From Patescibacteria group bacterium (GTDB lineage: Bacteria; Patescibacteriota; Minisyncoccia; Ryanbacterales; GWA2-47-10b): DNA of 61,120 bases. The translations under genes and the position numbers were made by a program. Below are positions 52,825 to 60,914 of this stretch, one piece after another. The stretch lies in contig JBBTSE010000005.1 of NCBI GenBank assembly GCA_038064855.1, positions 1 through 61,120 on the forward strand. The letters run 5' to 3'. Numbering within the stretch: the stretch's first letter is position 1; each line of letters begins with the position of its first letter. The notes beneath the pieces were generated by a model. It saw nothing but the letters and a program-made list of their open reading frames with translations, had not been told where the DNA came from and made no database searches.

Positions 52825-54321
52825 ATGGTACAAAGAGGTAGAGGGAACAAAGGTGCCGGCAACGCCAATAACGCGGGAAACCGTCAACCCCGTCTTCAGA
52901 TCTCGAAGGTCGACTATACGACCCCAGAGAAGCTGAAGGATGGAACATTCACTATTCTTCTTCTTGCCGACATCGTCGGCGGGAACGGATCTGAGCAGAT
53001 CCGGTTCTATCTCGATCGGTCCCCTCAAGGGACCAGTGCCAGCGTGGAGCAGTACGGACGTACTGGTTACGCCCAAACTCGCACTGATTCCGGACTCCGG
53101 ATCGGCACGCGCTATGAAGTCGCGGCCGAGATCATCGCCGGCGGCAAGGTCGTCGGCAACCGCGTTGCGCGGTTCATCGTCTTGCCAAAGGAGACGAAGA
53201 AGTCTCTAGCGGCTAAGAAGGCGCAGAAAGTGCGCGACGAGATCGAGCTCAAGCGACTTGAGCGCGAGCTCAGAGAGCTTGCGCGAGAGCCATCGGTAAC
53301 CGCGCGAGAGATCAAGGATCTGCAGGAGCAGGTCGCCGTGATCAAGGCTCGTCGCGAGCGCGACGAACTCTTTCGCGGGCCAACACTCCTCGAGCGGGCG
53401 GCCAAAAATGTCACTGCACAGATCATGCTCACGAAGCTCCGCAAGGAGCTCTCCAATCTCGGTAAGATACCGGCAAAGGAGATCGTGAGGCCCGTGATCG
53501 AGTGTGTGGGATCAAATGGTCACTACATTGTGAGTGGATGCGTGGTCTACAAGGACTCGTCGTTTGCAACGAGGTACCCCGTGCTCATCTCGGCCGCTCC
53601 CTATCGTGGTATCCCCACGGTCGAGCCAGTGCTGACTGATGAGCATGGCTACTTCACGCACACTGTCCAGTTCGGTGAACGGTCCGCTGACATCCATGTG
53701 ATCGTCGGTGGGACGGGAGGCTACGAGGAGTTTTACAATGACTACGCCGGCCCCAAGCCGCGCGGTCTGCGTAACAACAATGTACGCCTCGCCACCATCT
53801 GGCTCATCGCGGCACTCCTTCTGGTATTCAACTTGTGGTTGCTACCCGACGCGCCACTGCCGAGCAAGGTTGAAGGTTTGCCCGAAGGTTTGCGGGAGGG
53901 CTTGCTCTCCATGCATCCTGAATGGGCACCAACCGCTTGGCAGTCATTCCTCTGGTTCTTCAACCGAGGTATGTGGGGTTCCTTCTGGATCCTTGTGGTT
54001 GCCGGTCTCGTTTACCTGCCCGTCGCGTTTAGTGACGAGGCAGCAGGTCTGGGGCGAGCAGTCGTGAACATCGCCTCAAAGAAGCAAAGTGGCGGTGGAG
54101 GCAAATCTCCACCCGCGAGTGGAAGCCCGCAGGCGGGCACAACTCCGACATCAGATGCGGATCCGTTAGCCTTCCTCAAGGGGAAGGGGCCATTTATCAC
54201 GGCTATCGGAGCTGTAATCTTCACTATTGTGACTGAATGGCTCGAGCGCAGGCGTGATCGAAAGATCCACTCGCTCGCAAACAAGATTGTCGGCGGCAAG
54301 CCGACAGGAGGATCTGCATGA
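52825..54321 (+). CDS. Hypothetical 498-aa protein: basic N-tail, beta-rich domain, coiled coil, second beta-rich domain, C-terminal TM cluster
   Basis: Long ORF with SD in a GC-rich island. Charged heptad-like stretch KKAQKVRDEIELKRLERELRELAREPSVTAREIKDLQEQVAVIKARRERDE. TM segments LATIWLIAALLLVFNLWLL, WGSFWILVVAGLVYLPVAF, FITAIGAVIFTIV. No family or catalytic motif recognised. Confidence 0.65.
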   Translation: MVQRGRGNKGAGNANNAGNRQPRLQISKVDYTTPEKLKDGTFTILLLADIVGGNGSEQIRFYLDRSPQGTSASVEQYGRTGYAQTRTDSGLRIGTRYEVAAEIIAGGKVVGNRVARFIVLPKETKKSLAAKKAQKVRDEIELKRLERELRELAREPSVTAREIKDLQEQVAVIKARRERDELFRGPTLLERAAKNVTAQIMLTKLRKELSNLGKIPAKEIVRPVIECVGSNGHYIVSGCVVYKDSSFATRYPVLISAAPYRGIPTVEPVLTDEHGYFTHTVQFGERSADIHVIVGGTGGYEEFYNDYAGPKPRGLRNNNVRLATIWLIAALLLVFNLWLLPDAPLPSKVEGLPEGLREGLLSMHPEWAPTAWQSFLWFFNRGMWGSFWILVVAGLVYLPVAFSDEAAGLGRAVVNIASKKQSGGGGKSPPASGSPQAGTTPTSDADPLAFLKGKGPFITAIGAVIFTIVTEWLERRRDRKIHSLANKIVGGKPTGGSA

Positions 54322-55682
54322 ACTCGTACGCAATCTGGGCGCTCGTGGCGTTTGCCACAGCGCTTGTGCTCAAGGTAGCGGGTGTCGCCGGTTTCTGGGC
54401 GACGCTCATCATCATTGGCATGTTCGCGGCAGGGCGTATTGCCTCGCAGGCGAACGAACGGATCGGCAAGATAGTGATGTGGATCGCCGCGGTGCTCGCG
54501 GTGGTCACCATCCTCTTGCCGTTCGCTGTGCGCGTCACCGTTGGGGGTTTTCCGTCCTACATCGGTGGATCATTCGAGCGACGAGGGGCGTCAGTTGCTC
54601 TTCGAACTGCCGAGCGGATCGACGATGGAACCTACGATATCGAGACTCGGTACTTACAGGGATGCAAGGACGAGATCGATCGCGAGACCACGCGTCTAAC
54701 TGGCGAGATGAATATCCTTACGGCCGCGCGCATCGCTGGCAAGATGGATGTCGGTCAGTTCGATCGAGAGTTCAATGCTCTTGGCGGGCAGATCGACGCC
54801 TTGCGCGTCAGGCGCGAGGAGTGCAGCGTGAAGTTTCGCGGTCGCGATCTCTCGGAGATTGTCGCAAAATCTGCTATCGTCACCAACGCTACGGCGAAGG
54901 TGAAGAGTGGCTGGAACGCGTTTCCCGATTTCGAGAGAAGGAGCGGATTCATTCTGCTCATCGGCATCATGTATATCTTGATCGGCTTGATCGTACGGAG
55001 GTTCCACGCGCAGTTTGGAGGGGCAATCTTCGCTCCCGGCGTGCTGCTGGTGCTTCTGGCAGTCATTGATTCTTTCGCCGGCGCCAAGTCTTGGCCGGCG
55101 CAAGTGATCGATGTTTTGACCGGCGACTACTCGGGGCAGCCGCTCCTCGTCACCGCGCTCAAGGCGACTGCGGTTGGCATCATCGCTCTTGCGGCGCTCG
55201 GCTTCAAACCAAGCGTGCGGCTCGGTACGGTGGTCACGGCCGTATTCATTTGGTTGCTGGCTGCACTCGCGCAACCCGGCGCTTCGTTCGGCAGTATCGC
55301 TGACCAGCTTAGTGGGAAGTTCGGCGGGGTTAACATCACCGCGCCGATCAACAAGATCTTCGGCGGGACCCAGACGGTTCCGTGCCGTGACCACGACGCT
55401 CTCTTCCGTGATGCGGATATCGGTCAGCTGGTTCGCTGTTTTCAGCGGATGGAGACTGGCGATAAGACAATGCTTCAATTGCACGGTGGCGACTGGGGGA
55501 TCACTCCATCCAACGCGCCGATGCACATAACACTGTGGTATGGCGAGGAAGTAGTCTACCGCGGTGTTTACCGGCCGGGCACCCACCCGACCGCGAATCG
55601 CATTCAGATCACTGCCAACGGGCCCGCTGATCTTACTATCAGCATGAGGAAGTTGGACAGCGCAGCGCAGACAAGAAGGTGA
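54318..55682 (+). CDS. Hypothetical 454-aa polytopic membrane protein with central coiled coil and C-terminal soluble domain
   Basis: ATGA overlap with the upstream gene. Three N-terminal TMs, a ~130-aa charged/coiled segment, about five further TMs, and a ~110-aa Cys/His-containing beta-rich C-terminus. No family recognised. Confidence 0.65.
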   Translation: MNSYAIWALVAFATALVLKVAGVAGFWATLIIIGMFAAGRIASQANERIGKIVMWIAAVLAVVTILLPFAVRVTVGGFPSYIGGSFERRGASVALRTAERIDDGTYDIETRYLQGCKDEIDRETTRLTGEMNILTAARIAGKMDVGQFDREFNALGGQIDALRVRREECSVKFRGRDLSEIVAKSAIVTNATAKVKSGWNAFPDFERRSGFILLIGIMYILIGLIVRRFHAQFGGAIFAPGVLLVLLAVIDSFAGAKSWPAQVIDVLTGDYSGQPLLVTALKATAVGIIALAALGFKPSVRLGTVVTAVFIWLLAALAQPGASFGSIADQLSGKFGGVNITAPINKIFGGTQTVPCRDHDALFRDADIGQLVRCFQRMETGDKTMLQLHGGDWGITPSNAPMHITLWYGEEVVYRGVYRPGTHPTANRIQITANGPADLTISMRKLDSAAQTRR

Positions 55683-55740
55683 GGCCTTAAGAGTTCACAT
55701 ATATCGTCGCCCCCAAAACATTGGGGGCAAACAGTAAACC

Positions 55741-55782
55741 GAGGCGTCGCATGAATCATCGTGCGGCGCCTCTTTCCTTTTT
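55741..55782 (+). terminator. Rho-independent terminator of the island operon
   Basis: GAGGCG..GCA-loop-TGC..CGCCTC followed by TTTCCTTTTT. An additional hairpin GCCCCCA-aaacat-TGGGGGC lies at 55706-55729. Confidence 0.65.
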
Positions 55783-55831
55783 ATGCGACCCTTTTCCCGT
55801 GCTACTATATATGGTATAAACAATGACGCGA

Positions 55832-55903
55832 GTCCTCGTGGTGAAATGGATATCACGACTGGCTTCGAACCAGTTATTGGGGGTTCGAGTCCCTCCGAGG
55901 GCA
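55832..55903 (+). tRNA. tRNA-Arg (anticodon TCG), no encoded CCA
   Basis: GTCCTCG-TG-GTGA-AATGGATA-TCAC-G-ACTGG-CTTCGAA-CCAGT-TATT-GGGGG-TTCGAGT-CCCTC-CGAGGGC-A. Confidence 0.85.
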
Positions 55904-55923
55904 CTAATATTATTTTTTAATAT

Positions 55924-55996
55924 CCACTCGTAGCTCAGTTGGTAGAGCAGTCGCCTCTTAAGCGAACGGTCGTAGGTTCGATCCCTACCGAGTGGA
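55924..55996 (+). tRNA. tRNA-Lys (anticodon CTT), no encoded CCA
   Basis: CCACTCG-TA-GCTC-AGTTGGTA-GAGC-A-GTCGC-CTCTTAA-GCGAA-CGGTC-GTAGG-TTCGATC-CCTAC-CGAGTGG-A. The C1-G72 first pair is unusual. Confidence 0.8.
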
Positions 55997-56006
55997 CAGT
56001 AACGCA

Positions 56007-57464
56007 ATGGCACAAATTCCAAAAGAAATAATCTCTATCATTGAAACGCTCGAGGGCGCTGGTTTCGAGGCATTTGTGGTGGGCGGATCAGTGCGTGACC
56101 TGCTCATCGAGCGCAAACCAAAAGATTGGGATATCACCACGAGCGCGGTACCCGAAGATATTTTGCGTTTGTTTCCTGATAGCAAATACGAAAACGATTT
56201 TGGTACCGTATGCGTGTTTCCGCCAAATCCGTCCGAGGCATCGCTTGCGATGGTCGAGGTAACCCCCTATCGCACCGAGGCCCAGTATTCAGACAAACGA
56301 CATCCTGACAAAGTCGAGTTTGGTAAATCGCTCGAAGAAGATTTGGCGCGCCGCGATTTTACTATCAACTCGCTCGCGCTCAATGTAAAGACTGATAATG
56401 TCATCGATCTATTTTCTGGCAAGCGCGATTTTCGCGAGGGTCTTATCCGTGCGGTAGGCAATGCCGAGGAACGCTTTTCCGAAGATGCGTTGCGTATCAT
56501 GCGCGCGTTGCGCCTATCAGCTGAGCTCGGATTTCATATTGAAGACGAGACACTTGTGGCTATCAAAAAAACCGTAAAACTTTTGCGTTTTATCGCCAAA
56601 GAGCGCATTCGCGATGAGTTTTCAAAGGTTATTCTCTCCCCCGCTCCGCACGAAACGCTCGAGCTTGTGCGTGCACTCGGTATTTTAAAATTGGTAGCAC
56701 CCGAGATTGAGGAGGGATACGGCGTGGGGCAAAACAAACACCATATCTATACAGTGTTGGAGCACAACTTGTACGCGCTCAAGTACGCGGCATCAAAAGA
56801 ATGGTCACTCGAAGTGCGTATGGCCGCTCTCTTGCATGATGTAGGCAAACCGCGTTCAAAGCGTGGCGATGGGCCTGACTCAAGTTTTTACGGTCACGAA
56901 ATAATTGGCGCCAAGATGACGACTACTATTCTCAATCGTCTCAAATACTCAAAACAATTTGTAGACAAAGTATCAAAGCTCGTGCGCTATCACCTGTTTT
57001 ATTACAATGTCGACGAAGTTGGTGAGGCGTCAGTCCGCCGGCTCATCCGCAAGGTGGGTCCGGAAGACATGGAAGACTTGATAAAAGTGCGCTTCTGCGA
57101 CAGGATTGGTTCGGGAGTGCCCAAGGCCGAGCCGTACAAATTGCGTCATTTTCGTTTTGTTATCGAGAAGCTTTCACGCGATCCTATCTCAGTCAAAATG
57201 CTCAAAGTAAACGGCGGTGATATCATGAAGATCGCAAAGCTTGAACCAAGCCCCAAGGTTGGCCAACTACTCAACATTTTGCTCGAAGAAGTGCTCGATG
57301 ACCCAAAGCGCAATACCAAAGATATTTTGCAGGCACGCATAAAAGAGCTTGCGGGTATGACTGAACGGCAACTCAAAGCGCTTGCAGATGGTGCTAAGAA
57401 AAAATCATCAGCGCTTGAAGAAGAAGAAGTAACGAAAATAAAAGGAAAACACAGAGTTAAATAA
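56007..57464 (+). CDS. cca: CCA-adding tRNA nucleotidyltransferase with HD domain
   Basis: PolyA_pol head (FVVGGSVRDLL..PKDWDITT, RRDFTINSLA), HD domain (ALLHDVGKP). Start set at MAQIPKEI (56007), after tRNA-Lys. Confidence 0.85.
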   Translation: MAQIPKEIISIIETLEGAGFEAFVVGGSVRDLLIERKPKDWDITTSAVPEDILRLFPDSKYENDFGTVCVFPPNPSEASLAMVEVTPYRTEAQYSDKRHPDKVEFGKSLEEDLARRDFTINSLALNVKTDNVIDLFSGKRDFREGLIRAVGNAEERFSEDALRIMRALRLSAELGFHIEDETLVAIKKTVKLLRFIAKERIRDEFSKVILSPAPHETLELVRALGILKLVAPEIEEGYGVGQNKHHIYTVLEHNLYALKYAASKEWSLEVRMAALLHDVGKPRSKRGDGPDSSFYGHEIIGAKMTTTILNRLKYSKQFVDKVSKLVRYHLFYYNVDEVGEASVRRLIRKVGPEDMEDLIKVRFCDRIGSGVPKAEPYKLRHFRFVIEKLSRDPISVKMLKVNGGDIMKIAKLEPSPKVGQLLNILLEEVLDDPKRNTKDILQARIKELAGMTERQLKALADGAKKKSSALEEEEVTKIKGKHRVK

Positions 57465-57470
57465 TATTTT

Positions 57471-57541
57471 CGGAGCGTAGTATACCGGTAGTACGCGCCC
57501 TTCGGGAGGGCGTAGACTGGGTTCGATTCCCAGCGCTCCGA
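57471..57541 (+). tRNA. tRNA-Pro (anticodon CGG), no encoded CCA
   Basis: CGGAGCG-TA-GTAT-ACCGGTA-GTAC-G-CGCCC-TTCGGGA-GGGCG-TAGA-CTGGG-TTCGATT-CCCAG-CGCTCCG-A. Confidence 0.85.
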
Positions 57542-57558
57542 CTGCTATAATTTTATAT

Positions 57559-58449
57559 ATGGAAGCCGCGCGACAATTTGAAGATTTTACGAGCGGCCGT
57601 GAAAGGTTCAATGAACCGCCAGCACTCACGCCCGATCAAGTGCGCGATGTTGTCGATTATACGGCTGGTATCGCGCTCTCCCCGCCCGCTGATGTGGGTG
57701 TAAAATATTTTGAAGACAAGGCACGCGAATATCTTGAGAATAAACATTTTGATAAAGAGCGAGGTGTGCAGGCAGAGTCAGTACTCATGTTGCCGCGTAT
57801 GGCTATTTGGCAAGAGGCGCAAAAGCATCGCGAACAAGGTGGCAACGGTATGACGCCTGATAGAAAGTTGGCAGTGGCGCAGGCGCGCGGGGCAAAGTTT
57901 ATCTATCAAAACCGTGATAACCTGCCTCCGCTTGATAGCGTGTGGCGAGGCATCGCCACTTCCTATGGGGTGCTCGAGGGTCGCGGATATGATGCTGATA
58001 TCGAGCGAACTACGCGCAACGGCATAGGTAGACTCGTTACCTCGATTGCCGCTTTTGAATCGATAGGGTATGAGACCTATAGTCCCAAGGCGCGCACCGA
58101 TGAAGATGTGCAGGCAAAGATTGATCTCGTATCAATAGAAAAAGGAGGTGGGACTATTTTTTGTATTCAGATAAAACCAAGTAAAACCAGCGAAGTGGTT
58201 GCTACCACTTTTGATAGAGGTGAAACATTATCTCCCGAGAAAGAGCAAAAGAGCCAAGAGACGGCAGTAAATCTTTTTATCATGAACGCGCGCAATCTTC
58301 AGACGCGCTACCCTGCTCTACGCGTGGTGCCGATGTATCTGGAAATGCCCGCAGGTGAGCATAGACCTGAAGATATTGATCCGGCGTCAGGTCTTTTGCG
58401 AGACGCAAAAGGTAACTATCCCTTGACAACAAGTACCCTGTTTTGCTAG
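57559..58449 (+). CDS. Hypothetical protein with possible C-terminal PD-(D/E)xK-like nuclease core
   Basis: 296-aa ORF starting 18 nt after tRNA-Pro. AAFESIGYE ... AKIDLVSIEKGGGTIFCIQIKPSK fits an E...D...(Q/E)xK strand pattern. Weak, motif-level only. Confidence 0.4.
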   Translation: MEAARQFEDFTSGRERFNEPPALTPDQVRDVVDYTAGIALSPPADVGVKYFEDKAREYLENKHFDKERGVQAESVLMLPRMAIWQEAQKHREQGGNGMTPDRKLAVAQARGAKFIYQNRDNLPPLDSVWRGIATSYGVLEGRGYDADIERTTRNGIGRLVTSIAAFESIGYETYSPKARTDEDVQAKIDLVSIEKGGGTIFCIQIKPSKTSEVVATTFDRGETLSPEKEQKSQETAVNLFIMNARNLQTRYPALRVVPMYLEMPAGEHRPEDIDPASGLLRDAKGNYPLTTSTLFC

Positions 58450-58452
58450 TAT
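58423..58452 (+). promoter_or_regulatory. Promoter TTGACA-18-TAGTAT, 6 nt upstream of the transposase ATG (leaderless candidate)
   Basis: TTGACA at 58423-58428, TAGTAT at 58447-58452, ATG at 58459. Confidence 0.5.
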
Positions 58453-58458
58453 AGGGGC

Positions 58459-59274
58459 ATGGAAAAGTATACCTATAAACAGTTTCAGGCAGAGTTCTCC
58501 AATGACGACATTTGCCTAGACTATATCTTTGCCCTCAAACACCCTGAGGCAAAACAATACTATCGGGTAAAAGGGCGTAAGTGCTATGCCAACCCACAAG
58601 GAAAGCAATTGCACCCTCTTGTTGGCACCATATTCGAAAAGTCCTCTACTTCGCTTACTAATTGGCTTTATGCCATTTTCCTCTTTTCCGCTTCCCGTAA
58701 TGGGGTATCGGCAAAAGAACTACAGCGTCAGCTTGGCGTAACCTACAAGTGTGCATGGCGTATGGCTAATAGTATACGAAAGCTCATGGAAAGCGGCGAT
58801 GATATGCTCTCGGGTACCGTAGAGGTAGACGAGACATATTTTGGTGGGCGTACCAAAGGTCATGCCGAAAAGTTCTCAAAGAAAACCGCCCTTATGGGTA
58901 TGGTAGAACGCAAAGGGCGTATTCGAGTAAAGAAGATATCAGATCGTGGTACTCGTAGTCTCTTAGATAACATCAAAGCTACGGTATCAAAGGACGCTAT
59001 TATTATGAGCGATGAGTTTCGTGTGTATGCTAAATTGCCGAAACTAGGTTATGAAAGTCATCGTATCAAACACGGCAAAAGACATTGGGTACGAGGTGAT
59101 ATCCATACCAATACGATTGAGGGATTTTGGGGTCAGCTCAAGCGTTCTATTCGTGGGACTTATCACTCGGTTTCGCCTCGTCATTTGCAGAGCTACGCGA
59201 ACGAGTTTGCTTTTCGCTACTCTCACCGCCACGCTTCTTTGAATCTTTTCCACCTCCTAATGGAGAGGGTGTAA
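58459..59274 (+). mobile_element. IS1595-family (ISXO2-like) DDE transposase gene; element ends not identified
   Basis: N-terminal Zn-ribbon-like region, then VEVDETYFGG, IMSDEFRVY and TNTIEGFWGQLKRSIRGTYH blocks characteristic of IS1595 transposases. Confidence 0.8.
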
Positions 59275-59388
59275 TTGCCTTTTTGAGAAGGTCAAAGAAA
59301 GATTTTTTATTTGTTTCGTTGTCTTTCATGCAAAATTGTGCTATACTACGAGTATAGCATCACAGTGCCATGTGGTGGAAAGAAAAAA

Positions 59389-59425
59389 CCCTTTCATGTG
59401 GCACCGTGGAAGGGCTTTTTCTTTT
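59389..59425 (+). terminator. Terminator-like hairpin CCCTTTC-(12 nt)-GGAAGGG + CTTTTTCTTTT
   Basis: 7-bp stem including one G-U pair, with a T-rich tail. Preceded by an A-run, so it may act bidirectionally. Confidence 0.5.
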
Positions 59426-59794
59426 AGAATACGGTCGAAGGTCAAAGCTGGGGAGTGCCTAGGCAGGAAATTAGGTTGGTATCCCGATTTTAGAGTTCAA
59501 TTCTCTCACTCTCCAGCTCTTGCCTTTAACAATATTCCTCTATATACAGTATAACGCATTTATACTAAGTCTCTGTGTATATCTGCTTTTGTGTTGATAT
59601 ACATAGCATATTTAGCTTAGAAAATCAAGTCTTTTACTGCTAAAGTGAATATATGTTCGGAGAACCTACAGTTCGTGAATTTTTCAAAAAGCTAGTTATT
59701 TTAATTAGTGGCGCTCTAGCTCTTCTTGTTCTTATATACTGGCTTTTAAGTACATTCACTGATTTATCGAAATATATTTAAAAAATCAAGCTAA

Positions 59795-60397
59795 TCACCA
59801 CCACGGGGAGATATAGCCAGTTAGCCTTATAGCCAAATTCCAGTTGGTACTAAACGCAGTAACAATAACTGTTCCAGCTACAGACCAAAGTATCCCTATA
59901 TCATCTATAATCCACTCTTTCAGCAATCCTTCGTAGGTGGCGAACTTTTGACCTTTTAGCGGTAGGAAAATAGCCGTCCTATCTTTTTCATCGAATTCTA
60001 TAAACTGTTTTGCTATACAGTTTAGTACTCTATTTTGTGCGTCAATTGTTTTAGATTTAATGGTTTCTTCTTTCACATATTTACTGCCCTTTGCCTCTTT
60101 TTTACATAACTCCTGTGAGAAGCCAGCGATAAGTGCTGTTCGGAACACTCGCGGTTCTTGAAGCTGAAAAGAAATTTCCAGTAACTCTTGAGTTTCCTTC
60201 GGAATCGGCTCTCCATTGCTCGCAGATTGAAATAAGTCTTTGTGATCCCATTCAGCAAGCGAATGGTAGTTCCTCTTAAAGAACCTCGCAAGTTTCCACA
60301 TTCTAAGGGTTTCGCCCATGCGTTGTAGTATAGCCTTTTTAGGTTTACTTGGCGAGCGGGGATACTCACCACGCAAAATCACTTGACAAAATATCAA
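59795..60397 (-). CDS. Hypothetical protein with C-terminal TM, in an AT-rich segment
   Basis: 200-aa ORF. C-terminal hydrophobic ILWSVAGTVIVTAFSTNW. The start may be an internal Met (MGETL/MWKL). No family recognised. Confidence 0.4.
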   Translation of the reverse strand: MIFCQVILRGEYPRSPSKPKKAILQRMGETLRMWKLARFFKRNYHSLAEWDHKDLFQSASNGEPIPKETQELLEISFQLQEPRVFRTALIAGFSQELCKKEAKGSKYVKEETIKSKTIDAQNRVLNCIAKQFIEFDEKDRTAIFLPLKGQKFATYEGLLKEWIIDDIGILWSVAGTVIVTAFSTNWNLAIRLTGYISPWW

Positions 60398-60478
60398 AAA
60401 ACATCTCTAATACTATTAGTCAGTACCGTCAGGAGCGTGAGCAGAGGCAACCCAAAAAACCTGGCAGAAAGGTGACCT

Positions 60479-60754
60479 ATGACTTCACCAAGCGACGATA
60501 ACACCAAGATGCTCGCCGCCATCGCGAAGTCCTTCGGTATCGATCTCGAGAGGATCGACACTCCCGCTGATGGCGTGCCCCGAGGGCTCGCCGATCACAA
60601 GACTCCTGAGCAGATTCAGGCGCTTGTCGACGATTGGCTCAACTTACACGAGCTTGAGCATGCGCTTTGGATCTCGCATGCCGTGCAGTGCAGTGAGTGC
60701 GCAGGCCCGTTTGTCACCAAGATGAAAGAGCGCCTCACGCGTGAGGGCTTCTAA
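60479..60754 (+). CDS. Hypothetical 91-aa acidic protein with CxxC (GC-rich minigene)
   Basis: SD-like GGTGA 3 nt upstream, own strong terminator. HAVQCSECAG motif. No family recognised. Confidence 0.5.
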   Translation: MTSPSDDNTKMLAAIAKSFGIDLERIDTPADGVPRGLADHKTPEQIQALVDDWLNLHELEHALWISHAVQCSECAGPFVTKMKERLTREGF

Positions 60755-60757
60755 TGC

Positions 60758-60790
60758 GGCCGCTTCGAATCTTCGGAGCGGCCTTTTCCA
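60758..60790 (+). terminator. Rho-independent terminator
   Basis: GGCCGCTTCGA-atct-TCGGAGCGGCC followed by TTTTCC. Confidence 0.7.
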
Positions 60791-60840
60791 TACTTTTTAT
60801 TGGCAATAAAGAGAAAATTTAGTATAACTAGCTAGTATTT

Positions 60841-60914
60841 GGGCCTGTAGTTAAGTGGTATAACGGCGCATTCGCATTGCGCAAGCGGGAGTTCGATTCT
60901 CCCCAGGTCCACCA
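60841..60914 (+). tRNA. tRNA-Ala (anticodon CGC), CCA encoded
   Basis: GGGCCTG-TA-GTTA-AGTGGTA-TAAC-G-GCGCA-TTCGCAT-TGCGC-AAGC-GGGAG-TTCGATT-CTCCC-CAGGTCC-A-CCA. The G3-U70 alanine identity pair is present. Confidence 0.9.

Noticed and set aside
54254-55586. Alternative ORFs 54254-55069 (+), 54696-55586 (-), 54755-55087 (-) and 55174-55530 (+) inside the island
   Set aside because: They are off-frame or antisense products of GC-rich coding DNA, Arg-rich with no SD. The 54318-55682 frame has TM-helix periodicity and start-stop coupling to the upstream gene.
55695-56185. Minus-strand ORFs 55695-55904, 55756-56022 and 55985-56185, and ORF 57408-57629
   Set aside because: They lie across tRNA-Arg, tRNA-Lys and tRNA-Pro or antisense to cca. 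They are spurious.
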